From assembly GCF_009914755.1 (NCBI RefSeq), contig NC_060932.1: DNA of 64,000 nucleotides; one strand, 5' to 3'. Position numbers and translations under genes: made by a program. The stretch comes from the human T2T-CHM13v2.0 reference genome, Homo sapiens. Under the pieces are notes generated by a model that worked only from the letters and a program-made list of their open reading frames with translations, ran no database searches and was not told where the DNA came from. This document shows, piece after piece, positions 42,628 through 57,709 of this stretch (position 1 is its first letter; each line of letters opens with the position of its first letter).

Positions 42628-43156
42628 TCCACACCATAAATGGGTAGCAAATGTTGGATTTAAACTCAAGCAATGTGGCTCTAGAACTTAGCCACTGTGT
42701 TTTCTGCGTCGTTTCCTCATCATGTTCATCACATTCTGGAAGCATTTTGTGAGTATGCCATAAACAATACTTAAATTATATTTGAAGTATTTGGTTGCAG
42801 ACCCACTGAATCAAAATAACTACCTTTTTTTCACCTCTGCACTATTTCCACCCTGTGCTCTTTACTGAGGCTTCTTTTTGTCTTCCCAGTTTAAACTTGA
42901 ACTTCTGCTGGCAGGTGAAACTGCTCTGTCAGATTTTGATCCAGTCTACCTGTGAGCAACACCAATCTAATCTGAGGAACATACTAATTAAACCCAGCTT
43001 GAAGTATGTGTTTTAAGTGTAGAATCCTCCATCAGTGCGCCTAGATTTGAGTGCAGATTAGGTTCCCTAAGTGGTTGCATCCAGAGGTTCTGAGGAGTGG
43101 GATAGACCTGCAGGAATGAAGACCGGCCAGACCGCCTGCTCAGATTGCATACTGAT

Positions 43157-43225
43157 GCCTCACCACAAAGTATAATGTGATGAGGCTGTATTGTGGTGAG
43201 GCTGTGTTATGGTGAGGCTGTACTA
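43157..43225. repeat. 16-bp tandem repeat x3 preceded by an inverted copy of the unit core
   Basis: tgatgaggctgtattg / tggtgaggctgtgtta / tggtgaggctgtacta (43178-43225); gcctcaccacaa at 43157-43168 is the exact reverse complement of 43191-43202. Confidence 0.9.
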
Positions 43226-43899
43226 TGTCTGTTGACCATGGTGTTGAGCACCAAGATAATACCATTCTTCATTTGTTCTTGTGCAATCAGTGCTGAATTG
43301 AGTGAATTTTAACCGAAAGTCATCTTGAATCTCATCATGAATTCTACTTATGATTGGAAACATTTTTATAGGCTTTTTAAAATCTATTCTATGTTATAAT
43401 CATCTCTACAGGTATAAAAATGCCTGCAGTCATAAAAATAAAATATTAAAAAGTATTCGCTGTTTTTCAATATTTTAAAATCACTAACTAGACTATGTTC
43501 GGTCTTTTCCCCTTATTCCTACTTGATGTCTGATATTGATATTTAGTATCTCAACTAGACTTACAAGACCCCAAACTGTGCAAATGTGAGAAATAATTCA
43601 CCACAAAAGCTATAAATTTCACAGCTCGAAAAACCCTGAAGATTATTAATGAGGCACCATGTAATTAGCCTATACAAAGTGCAGCTAGGAATCATGCATA
43701 ATGTAAAACAGAAACTGCTAACCACTGACTCATGGAAGATCATTTAAGCTAGTTTTCATGGACATGAAAAATTGATATTTAACACAATTCCTAAGGAGAG
43801 TCTCATTGCTTTAACACCATAGAAAGAATTATGTTTCTTATAGATTTGCTAAGAGAAAAATAGAAGGCAGTTCATGGCTAAGGCAATTTCTGGCAATGT

Positions 43900-44400
43900 G
43901 AATATGGACAAATTGTTTGACTTTTTAGACTCTCAGTTTTTATCTTTCCAAAATGGGCATAATGATCTCTTTCATAGAATTGTTGTAAAAATTGATTAAA
44001 AAAAGTAATGTGGCACCTAGAATTTTAGTACTTCATTATGGCTTAATAAAATCTTATAGATCATATATTAGAGCAATGTGTTTTCTAGCCAGCCAAAGTT
44101 CTTGTTTTACTGAGAATTCTGTACTTTTATGGAAACACATTTCTTTAGAAATACTAGAAACAAGCATTTGCTTACATGGAATAACATATCCAGTGCTGCT
44201 TAAGCACATTGCATATATTAACTCATTTAATCACCAAAATGACCCTATGACATAAATGCGTTTATTATATTTTATTTTGGAGATGATGCAAGTAAGATGC
44301 AGAGTACTTAAGTAACTTGCCCAAGGCTATACAGCTATGTAGTGATGGTGATGCAGTATAAATTCAATCAGTCTGGCCCCCAAAATACAAAATTTTAAAC
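43900..44400. mobile_element. Two MIR relics in opposite orientation
   Basis: ctctcagtttttatctttccaaaatggg (+) and taagtaacttgcccaagg (-) MIR cores. Confidence 0.6.
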
Positions 44401-44790
44401 TATCTTTTTACTATTAATGAATAAGGCATGCTGAGATAATGAATATATGCTAAAACTGATATATACATATTCATCTTGGTTATATTTCCCAAAATATATT
44501 TTCAATTTATTTTTAAGATATACTTCATTTAGCAGTCAGAAATTAAATGAATATATATTAAAATGATGTTTAATAGATGCAGAGGTGCATGGATTAAACC
44601 AAAATATTCACATAAAAGATCATTATGATTAGGTTTTAAACATAGTTATAAAAGCTATAAGCCATATTTTTAGAGACTTTTATTTTAAATTGGAGACGGC
44701 CTCAGTGTTATTAACTATAAAATTAAAGTGTGGTTCAATTTGTCATGAAAATCCTTTCTGTTAACCGCTTCTTATCTATTACTATGTTGT

Positions 44791-44846
44791 TGTTTGGTCA
44801 TGGACCATCAAATATGTGTGTTTGGTCATGGACCATCAAATATGTG
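44791..44846. repeat. Perfect 28-bp tandem duplication
   Basis: tgtttggtcatggaccatcaaatatgtg at 44791-44818 and 44819-44846. Confidence 0.97.
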
Positions 44847-45091
44847 TTGCACCTTCCAAATGTACCATTCATAAGCTTAAAATATAATGAGCTTGATTAT
44901 TAATATTGACAATCTACGTATATGTCATTTAGATATTTTTATTATTAATATATTGTGAACATCTTGAAGAAATGTAACTCATATTTCATCTCTCTATTCT
45001 TGAATATTCTACATAGTAGATAACCTATAAATGTTACTGAATAAATAATGAATATACTTAATTTATTTAAAATTATAAAATGATTATTTTA

Positions 45092-47533
<2,442 letters not shown>

Positions 47534-48425
47534 AAAATGATTATTTTAAAAGCAGAATAACCTAAATAACACTTTCAAAATAGAAACAATATAGAGAAAT
47601 CCAAAAGTAATGCTGATTAGTTATTACTAATTGGAATTATTTTATATATAAGGTTATATTATTTATCTAGAAAAAAAACAAAAAGAATTATTTATCTGGC
47701 AAAAATAAATAAATAAATAAAACAACTTGGCCCAAACTTCAGTGTAACACACATGCAAATAATTGTAGAATTTAACTCACTGGTATTTCCAATCAGCAAT
47801 TTTTAATTGATCAGTTTGTCATGTTAGCATTATTTACAAATCCTTTCCAACATACGCATTGATGCTTTTATTCGTATTTCTATTATTTTTATAAAGAATG
47901 TGATAGGATAGAGAATTGAGAAAGGAGTTACTAAAATGTAATTTTCTCTTATGACTGAGAATATTCTCCAAAATCTACCTGATTAAGAAATTAAATATTT
48001 TAATATAAAATTTCAGGTTTACAATGAGCACAGAGATCTTGCCTTTCATAAAGAGCATCCCATAGAAAACTAGCAACAACAAGATTTAAGACATTTTCCA
48101 GGGGCACTATTAATAAAGGTTTATCTCATTTGATTCTGACTTCTTAGCATGCTCCATTAGTTGCCCCAGGCTGACAGAGATGCTGAACAAAGGTCCTTTG
48201 GGTTGGGAGCATGTTGAGTGGATCTGTTTGGTTGAAGTCCTTTTCTCATTGTCACTCCCAAGGAAAGCAAGGAAGCAGCCTGGCTCCAGAATGAAGACAA
48301 GTGACTTGGGCACTTGGCTTTTACTCTGTAAAAGTGCAGAATTAGTATAGTCCTTCTGCATCTGTTGATTTGGTGAAAAAACAAAAACAAAATAAAACAA
48401 ACAAAACTGAAAACCACTCTTATGG

Positions 48426-49088
48426 TTCTGAATCCTGATATTAATATAGTAAATTTTAAAACCAAATATACAGTTTTTCTTTTAACTACATGTTCTTTTC
48501 ATAATGTGTGTTCTTATACCCATCTATAAACATAAACTATTAACTTGCTTATATTTTGAACTGAAAATATACCTGATATTACAATATTTGAATTGATGGA
48601 AGAAGTTTTACTTTAGATACTTAAACATTTATAATATTTCTGTTACTAAAATGTCTCACAGATTAGATAAGCTTTGTTCAGCTACTCTAACACTTCCACA
48701 CTTTTGCCAACTACTTTGCCAAGATTTTATTTTTTTTGCACCTGACTTTCAATAACTTGACTTTTAATAATTTGTCTCAGAAAATCTGCCTTCCCAAAAG
48801 ATACTATAGTTATCACAGCACCTATGATATAGTTTAATAATTTCACACACTTTTTCCCTTTGGAGGGGGATCCCCTTCTTATTTCCATTCTTCTAGTTTT
48901 GCCATAGACTTCTTCCATTAACTTCAAATATTGTAATAACAGGTATATTTTAAGTTCGAGATATAAGCAAGTTAATAGTTTATGTCTATAGATGGATATA
49001 AGAATACACATCATGAAAACAACATATAATTAAAAGAAAATTGTATATTTGCTTTTAAAATTTACTATATTAATATCGGGATTCAGAA
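48426..49088. repeat. Long inverted repeat: arms 48426-48606 and 48908-49088 (~180 bp, ~90% identical), ~300-bp spacer
   Basis: Left ttctgaatcctgatattaatatagtaaattttaaaa...gatggaagaagt; right acttcttccatt...ttttaaaatttactatattaatatcgggattcagaa. Confidence 0.95.
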
Positions 49089-49609
49089 TTGCCCTCTTTT
49101 TTGGCAGAGGATTGGCTGAAACAGTAATAAAAAGAAGTCAGCCTGAATGGTGACTGAGAGATTCATTACATATTTCAGTGGATTCATTCATGAAAGATGG
49201 ACACATCTTAGCGTCTGAAGATGACTTTGTGCAGGGTAGTGTTTTCTCTCTTCCACAGAATACCTTTGGGTAATTCTGAAATACAGACTGTTGAACAGAA
49301 TTGACCACTGTATTTTTTTTTATAGTGGTTTAAACAGGGCATTCACAGTTGAGTTAGTATGTACCTCTGTTAGATACTCCTTTTATTCTTCAGGCTAGCG
49401 TTTTTATTTTAGTCACATCACTTTCTCTAAAAGGGTTAAAATATCAAAATGTAGTAAGTTAAAATGGCTTTATTTAGCAATTGGCCAATGCAAATAGTAA
49501 AGCTTCCTTAAGTAAGTATAAGCTCAATGTGTTGAGCTTTCCTATATATTTTCTTCTCCATACTCAGAATTTGAGTGAGATTTGATGGGAATTCTACAGT
49601 AAAAAGTCT

Positions 49610-49770
49610 TATAATAATATCGTTATGAAACTGTAGTACATATGAGGTCATCTTAACAGAGAAGGAAGCTGAGACCTTCAGAGGTTAAGTGACTGGCCTC
49701 AGGTCACACAGCTGGTACCACAGCTCTCTGGATCCCTGAACCCTGCCACAGGTTTATGTGACAGCCTTAC
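49610..49770 (-). mobile_element. MIR
   Basis: acagagaaggaagctgagacc...agaggttaagtgactggcctcaggtcacacagct. Confidence 0.8.
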
Positions 49771-51149
49771 GTAAGAAGGGGTACTCGAGAGCAATTTACT
49801 TTTCTCTTCCCAGAGATTCAGCACTGACACACTTTTTGCACATTGCACTAGGTGCAAGCCCAGAAATTCTGCCAGGAGCAAAACAACACTCCTTAAACAC
49901 CCTGTGACTTTCAGAGCTGTATAAAATAAAAGGTTGAAGTTAATGATTGCCAGTTTGGAGGGAGTAGTTCCTCTTCGGAGCCAAATGTATGTGGGGAACA
50001 GATGAGGCTGTGGGAGTGAAGTTGGCAAAAGGGAAAGAGAAATGAGTCTATTCTTTCTGGAAAATGAAAGTATAATAAATATCTGAATAGCTTAGATGTT
50101 TATTTTCATCTAGAGATTCTTCCCATTTGAAAATGAAATATCTATATCTTTAGAGTGAGTAATCTTGAAGAATAATTTTATATTATTTTTTAAAATATCA
50201 TGAAATGATATTTGGAAGCAAACATTGTTTTTAATAGCCCATATCTGTAGAACTATTTGTATTTTCTCTTCTAACAGGATCATTACTTCTTATGCTGAAA
50301 TTCCTATATTCAAGCAGTGACTCATGTTAAGATAATATGTTCCAACAATTTGAGAACTAAAAGCAAATATACCTCAGAGATAATGATTATTTAAATTTTT
50401 GGTTCATAGAGATAAAACTGTCTGACATAAGGAGTATGGACATAATAGCCAAGAATTCTATCATTTTATTTCACACTCATTTTGTTTTTGAAAAGTCTCT
50501 TATCATATTTGAGATCCCACATACCACATTCTACTCGAAGACATTTGTTAGCAGAAGTTCTCTGGAATTTCACTCTCATGCTGTTCTTACAGGATATTTT
50601 GTAGAACTGTGCTCCAAGAAAACTCTAATTTAATGAAATCTTCCTGGAATCTCCATTCATAAATCTATTCTGTGCCTAATTATATAGTGTAGTGGTTCTC
50701 GTTATAGGATGTTGCTAATGTCTTTCCCACTTGTCCTTTTCACATATTTTCTAATTTAGGAGTATTCTTAATATCATTGAGCTTCAGTTTCAAAAGTAGG
50801 TATAGCATATAATTTTTTTCAAGCAATGCAACTTTGATAATGTTTTAAGAAGTTGAGTTTTGTTATTTCCCAAACAATAAACACAAATAAGATAGGTTCT
50901 TTTAATAGGAGTTTGGAAGTTTTCTAAGTTACTTGCTGAAATCTCCTTATATATAGAATCACATATACACACATGCACACTTTGCAACTCTCACTTAAAG
51001 GACATCCCAATTTAATTCAGTGGCCATTTTACTCCATTTTTCAATAGAATCACAAGATTTTAATTGAAGCAAGTGACATGGCTCGCTGTGTTTGGTACTT
51101 AACATTAACTGGTCATGGGGAATATTCAGGTGTTATCTGTGAAAACCTA

Positions 51150-51433
51150 TTTTTTTTTTTTTCAGTTGGACTTTCACTCTTATACCCCAGGCTGGAGTGC
51201 AGTGGTGCGATCTCGGCTCACTGCAACCTCCGCCTCCCAGGTTCAAGCATTCTCCTGCCTCAGCCTCCCAAGTAGCTGGGATTACAGGTGCCCACCACCA
51301 AACCTGGCTAATGTTTTTTGTAATTTTAGTAGAGACGGGGTTTCACCATGTTGGCCAGGCTGGTCTCGAACTCCTGACCTCAGGCGATCCACCAACCTCA
51401 GTCTCCCAAAGTACTGGGATTACACGCCCAGCC
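51150..51433 (-). mobile_element. AluSq-like with a short internal deletion near its 5' end
   Basis: Antisense dimer; ggattaca|cgcccagcc lacks the consensus ggcgtgagccac segment; imperfect TSD tga(a/g)aacct(a/g)ttttt. Confidence 0.93.
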
Positions 51434-51534
51434 TGAGAACCTGTTTTTATATCACATCAATAATGTTGACCCTACAGGATCACATGGAATGGAATGATTT
51501 TGTTTATGTAGTTTAAAATGACACTCTATTTTCT

Positions 51535-51603
51535 GGAAAAAAAAAAAAGAGAAAGAAAGAAAGAGGGAGGGAGGGAAGGAAGGAAGGAAAGAAAGAAAGA
51601 AAG
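51535..51603. repeat. Pure polypurine tract A(n)(GAAA)n(GGGA)n(GGAA)n(GAAA)n
   Basis: Read directly. Confidence 0.95.
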
Positions 51604-53150
51604 CTCTTTTGCCTCAATAGCATCAAGTGCAAACTTTCACTCGGTTTAACTTTCAAAAGCTTAACTTACTAAATGACATTTACTAAAAAGCACTATTTTG
51701 TTGGGTGGAACTTATCATACTAAAAGTTGTATAGTTCCAGTCACATTAATAATGTTGAGACTCTAGACCATGCCAGGATTACTGAAAATTCAATCGTATA
51801 AGGTCTTGAATTATTCCTGGGCATATTTTCCCCAGTCTTAAGTAGTCCAAGATTTTAAATTGTTATGCCCCCATAGCTGTTGGTAAGGGAAATTTTCAAA
51901 TTCAATTCACTGTCCCTAGAGATTTCACATAGTTAAAAGGAGAGTGATACAATATTTTCCTGACTGTCAGATTGAATTTGAATTGAATTCCAGGGTGGAG
52001 AACTGCTTGGATACATTAACTGAAACTTTTGCTGTGTAAAATTTTGTGTGGTTGTACAAGGTCAAATCGCGTACAGCACCATTTTTTCATTTAAATGTGG
52101 GGAATAATGGAGTTGGGGGGTTGGCAGTGGTGGTGGTGTACAATTCCTAAGGGCAAGGAAATGTGTGTGCGTGTGTGTGTATGTGTATGTGTGTTTCTGG
52201 TTCTCACAATATAAATGTAATGTCTATAGTAATTTTAAAAATCCTCTAGGCCTGTTGTCAAATATGCTTTATAGCTGAGAGAATATAAACAGCTATGAAT
52301 TTTTAAAAGAGCAGTATTTAGCCAAACAGGCCTCAGTGCTTTTGATCTGTTACCCAGTTAAGGAAGCCACACACCAAAAGCATTTTCAACAACATGAAAC
52401 TATATCTCACGGCATTGGCATGAGATTCTCTAATGGTATTTTTGTTGTATTTCCTAAACTAAAGTCAATGGAGGCCAATTTTTTAATCAAATAACACTTC
52501 TGTTAAATGGATGTAATGTAAAAATAAGCTCATCTCATGGGAAGATTTTCCTATGACTTTCGGCTCTTTCTAACCCTCCTTTTGGAAATCCTCAATATCT
52601 TTTTTTTCCAGCAAAATTTGGAATCCCTGGGACAACATTATGTCACCAGTTTCTTGGGTTAGTCCTCTATTATTTACCTTTGGGCTGTCGACTTTTATCT
52701 CCATTAACCTTTTGGCTTGACTATAAACATTTATTGAAGGCTTCCTCCTTTGTCGGTCCAGTAACTCTAAAGGTTAGTGAGAAGTGGATGCTAGTCTGAC
52801 CTCTCTCATCCACATTAGATGATTTTAATTATTCCTAAGAAATGACACTTTTGACCCATTTTGTCCTTGTCAAGTTTGTCTAGTTGTGGGCTGTCTAAAC
52901 GTGAAACTCTGGGTTCAAACCGTGTCCAGGAGTGTAGAATTTTAAAATGTACAATGTGGAGCTTCAAAAGTGCACAAGATTTCTTTTTTTTAAAAAAGAA
53001 GACATTCCAGTTTAAGTGAAATTCAAGGCTATTGTTATGTACCTTGAATTGATTTATTACTGGAAAAGACTGCCTAGATACAGACAAAATACAAACTTGA
53101 ACCTGTAAAAATTCAATATTTCAAAATGGAAAAAATGGAGAAAAACTTTG

Positions 53151-53478
53151 TATAAGTGAGAATAAGCTAGGTTTTGCTGAGGCTGTATGCAACCCTAATA
53201 CTACAACAGCTTTGTACCTGAAAAAGTTCATTTCTTTCTCATACTCCCTGACCACTGTGTTTGCCAGTCCACCTCTTTGTTTCCATGATTGCTTCAGCAA
53301 AAGCAAGGCATAATGGTGAATTGGCCATTGGATCTTACGGGTTCTGTGTAGGAGTGACACAAGCCACTTCTTCAATTTCACTGGTCAAGCAAAGCCATGT
53401 GGCCAGATCCAACTTTAAAAGAGATCTGGAAATTGAAGAGTTGGAACTAACTGATCAGTAGCCATAATGACTATCACA
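53151..53478 (-). mobile_element. MLT1 (J/K-like) LTR relic
   Basis: ataagctaggttttgctg...gagtgacaca...cactggtcaagcaaagccatgtggcc...atgactatcaca. Confidence 0.65.
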
Positions 53479-53953
53479 ACCTTTCAGTTAGATAATAAAA
53501 AGTTTTTGTCTGGACATCTATGCTAATCACCACAAATATGACCAGAGCCTGAGAAATAGTGGGATTCAGTAAATGCTTTTTTGTGTGTTTTATTTCATTT
53601 ATTTATGTAGCTATTCAGCAAAAGTTTGATCTGCATCTGTAGAGTACTAGGTACTTTGCTAGTTACTTCATTCAAAAGCCTCTGAAATAAAAATTAGCCC
53701 CACCGTGCTGATGTCCATTCTGAAGTTCAGAACACTTAAGTGGTTTTCTAGTCATAGATGCTACCAGTGGCATGTGTCAGGATTCAAACCTAGAAAATGT
53801 GACTCCAAAAACAATAATGTCCTTTTGTTATACTTCAACTGTAAAGTCAATGATGATTCAGGATATGATGTATCTGATTTTATAAGCAGGAATTATTACA
53901 GTCACCATTGTGTATTTGCTTGTATTTTAAAGCAAGAACACAGTATCTCTAAT

Positions 53954-54886
53954 TGACGGGAACAGGAGGCAGAGAAATTCTAGGCAGAAAAGGGTGGGTC
54001 GCTGGCAAAAACCCCACCCTCAAGCCAAAAAGCCTGAAACTGTGGCCCAAAGTGAGAACTTCTATCCCTGTTTTCCCACTCAAATGTTGCCTTTTCCTCA
54101 ACCACCTACACTGTCCCATCATATGCCTATAAAAACCCCAGCCTCAGCTGGTAGACAGGACTACGGCTGGATGTTGGAGAGAAGCAGCTTGACTTCAAAG
54201 GGATGGTTTGATGGTGCAACTTTGGAGAAGAATCTGGCCAGAGACGGTCGGACTTCAGGGGAAGATTACCTACCCACCCCGTCCCCTTTTCAGCTCCCCT
54301 TCCCACTGAGAGCCACTTTCGTAGACAATAAAATCCCCTGCATTTACCATCCTTCAATTTGTTCATGCAACCCCATTTTTCCCAGACCACCAGACAAGAG
54401 CTTGGGAGCCACGAGTGAGGATACAAAAGGATGTCACACTGGCCCTTTGCCCTCGCTGGTGATGAGTAGCATGAAAAAGCAAAGGACCCACTGAACTGTT
54501 AACAGTTAAGCTGACTGCGGACAGCAGAGCTAAAATAGCACTGTAACAAGCCCTCTTGGGCTTTGGGAGTCACAGTCACCCCTGCCTGTATGCTGCTGTG
54601 GGGCCTGCATGGAGTTCATTCCTGCCGGCACTAAAGCATCTGGCTGCTTCCTGCACCTGCTCACCTGTGCACTCCTGCAAGAGGTGGAAAACAGCAGGTC
54701 CAAGTGAATGGAGTTTGGTCCCACTGGCACTGAAGCGGCTGACTGGTTCCAGTGCTTGTTCACTCCAGTTCCCATACTTGTTCGCTCATGTGCTCCCTCC
54801 CGCGAGGAGATGAGAGCAGCAGGCTGAATAAATGGGGCACCCCTGTTGCGAGTCCTGTGAAGGGGTCAGGGAAATATCCTGCTTCA
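53954..54886 (+). mobile_element. ERV1 solo LTR of the LTR1/LTR27/LTR28 group, sense to ZFPM2
   Basis: TG...CA termini, 4-bp TSD TAAT (53950-53953, 54887-54890), start caggaggcagagaaattctaggcagaaaaggg, end aggggtcagggaaatatcctgcttca; TATAAAA 54128-54134, AATAAA 54327-54332. Confidence 0.9.
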
Positions 54887-55042
54887 TAATGACTTATAAA
54901 TAAATGATCAATGACTGTGGAATAACAAGGTATATTTGATGTTATTTCAACTAACGGGAAGCTATTTCACACTTTTGAGCACATTTGATAAGAAATTTAG
55001 TTATTTTTGTTTTAACTGTAATCAATAAATGTGGATATCTTT

Positions 55043-55630
55043 TGTGTTAGCTTTCTATTGCTGCTGAAACACACTACCATAGACTTGAGGGCTTAAAACA
55101 ACAGAAATTTATTATCTCATATCCTGTAGATCAGAAATATGAGTACAGATTTTGCCAGACTAAAATCAAGGTGTCAGTCTTCCTGATGCATTCCTTTCTG
55201 GAGGTTCTAGGAGAGAATCCATTTCGTGCTCATTCATGCAGATTGTTGGCAACATTTGGTACCTTGATGTTGTAGAGCTGAAGTTCCTGTTTCTTGCTTC
55301 CTGTAAACTGGAGGCCATTCTCAGTTTTTAGACACCACTACATTCTTTAGTTTCTGCTCTCAGTCCCCCATCTTTAAAGGTAGCAAAAGCAGATGGCATT
55401 TTTTTCATGTTGAATCTCTTGGATTTACTCTTGCCTTTCACTTCTAATTCTAAGGATTTATGTGATTAGACTGGGCCCATCTGGATAGTCTAGGATAATC
55501 TCACCATCTCATGGTACAAAAAGTTAATCACCTCTCTGAAATACCTTTTGTCAAGTAAGGTAGCATATGCACAGGTTCCAGGGGTTTAGGAAATAGGCAT
55601 CTTTGGGAGACCATTTTCCTGCCTACCACA
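55043..55630 (-). mobile_element. MLT1 (E/D-like) solo LTR
   Basis: tgtgttagctttctattgctgct...ggcttaaaacaacagaaatttattatctca...gattagactgggcccatctggata...cctgcctaccaca. Confidence 0.88.
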
Positions 55631-56434
55631 CCTTTTATATCTGTTCTCTTTTCCCAAAATGTTGTGCCAATTGTACCCATTGTAGAGTATGAGATAAAAA
55701 TTTTGGCCTGACTTTCCTTGTTTGTGATATCTGAGAATTAATGAACTTTAAAGTAGCTTCTAGCTCTTAGCATTCTAGAATTTTATGAATTCTTATGTTG
55801 GAGACATGGGAAGTGAACCTAATGATCAATGTGGATATTATTGTTATTTTCTATTCATGGATTTTTCTGGAGTGTAGATTTCATATAATCCTGGCTAACT
55901 CCTTCCTTCTCACACTTGGTAATCTTCTTTGAAGTCAGTCAATCTCTACAAAAGTTGACTTCTTCAGAAAGAAATTGACTTACCTCCTCAAAGCTGTAAT
56001 AACTGGTCCCTTGAGATTTTTTATCTACTTATTATTTACTTTACAGCTTGGGTATAGCTTTCAGCAAGTCTTTGCTCCATTTTTTTTCTTCTGCCTTATT
56101 GATTTGGACTACAATAAATTGTTTTCTCAATTTTTTAATAAATCCAATTCTACTTGTACCCAGGCAAAATAAATGTTTGCCAGAGTTTTAAAATATATAA
56201 TGCCTAACTTACCATTAGGAAATACATGAATTGATTACTTTTATATTTTACTCATATTATCAGTTCATCTAATCCTTAATTTGCTTATGTAGAAAATGGA
56301 GAAAATGTTAGTACCTAACTTCTGGAGTTGTAAAAATCAAAAAAGACCATTCAAGTGAAATGCTTACCTCAATAGCCAACAAGTAAACCATTAATATTGT
56401 TTTAGTAGTAGTAGTGGTGGTTGGAGGGAGGGGG

Positions 56435-56546
56435 GAGTGGAAAAACTCATCCTAAATTGCCCAAGACTTTTCAATTTTAGCATTGAAAGTACAGCCTCCT
56501 GGGAAACCTTTCAGTTCCAGAAAAACCAGGATGGTTGTTCACCCTA
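56435..56546 (-). mobile_element. MER81 (hAT-Blackjack MITE)
   Basis: ttttagcattgaaagt...gggaaacctttcagt...ggttgttcacccta matches the CpG-decayed MER81 consensus. Confidence 0.75.
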
Positions 56547-56759
56547 GGGGTGGTAATATTTGGAAACAAAGCTAATATAAATATTGGCTGTGCCCTCTGC
56601 CACCTACCAGCATTTGACCTAAGGGATATTATTTAATTTTTCAGTTGCAATTTTCTTATCTGAAAATATACATGAGGACTAGGTAAGTAAGGGAAGTACC
56701 TAACAAAATCCTTGCACAAGTAGCCTAAATAGTAGTACCCTTATTCCATCTCCCTAAAA

Positions 56760-57335
56760 AATGTTTATTGGCTTCCCTCTGCTTACAGAATTAAGCACAA
56801 GAAGTTTTACCTAATACATCAAGGTCTTTTAAAATCTGTTTATAACCTGCCCTGCCAGATACATATGCTATTACGTTCTTTCCATTTATCAATAACAATA
56901 ATATTAATGATGATTATGATAGATAATACTTTTCTAGTGCTTTCTACATAGCAAAAAGAGTGCTAAAGGCTTCATAAGAACTTTAAACACAGTCCCAGAA
57001 CTCCCATTTCCTGCACACTTGACTTTGTTATAGACTGTTCAGCCTTTGCCCACACTGTTTCCAGCAACTGCACATTCTTCCTGTTTATCCTTTAAAATCC
57101 TGCCCGAATGTTGCCTCTTCTATGATGTGTCCCCAGACTGCAAAGGATGGGAGTTTTTCTCTTTTCCTCATTGACCCCGAAACAATTGATACATGTCTTA
57201 GCACTTCCTACCATGGTACTTTTCACATTATATTAAACATTTTTATTGTGTCTGTATCCTTCACCAAAAAAGACATACTTATATTCCTAGCACAAGGCAC
57301 AGGATTGAGTTTGCTTATTTGTGAAATGAATGGAA
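56760..57335 (+). mobile_element. L2 relic (fragmented)
   Basis: attggcttccctctgcttacagaat...gcctttgcccacactgttt...cctagcacaaggcac...tgaatgga. Confidence 0.55.
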
Positions 57336-57709
57336 GATTATGGTTTTGGAAAATCAATTGATTTACTTTATACTAAAAGATTCTCTAAAGAATGTAAGTG
57401 ATCACTATCTATTTTTTATATTATCTATGAAATTATTATAAAAGTTAATTTACTGTGTCGAAATTCATAGGATTTTTAAGAACTATGAAACAGGTTGATT
57501 AAATAATTTAAAATAATTATTTTTCGTGAAATAAGATAATCTGGGAAAAATAGGCCAGGTGCCTGTTTTGAAATCGATTATGTAAAATCAGAAAAGAGTG
57601 GATGTTACAAATAAGTCACTGAGTGCCCCCTGCATAGGCTTCCTGAAATGGTGGACTCCTTCCTCCGACTTGTTCTGCCTGTGCCTGGAGAGCTGCAGAT
57701 CCTTTGGGG

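Noticed and set aside
53994-54813. 166-aa and overlapping ORFs
   Set aside because: Chance ORFs within a GC-richer solo LTR; no gag/pol/env similarity seen.
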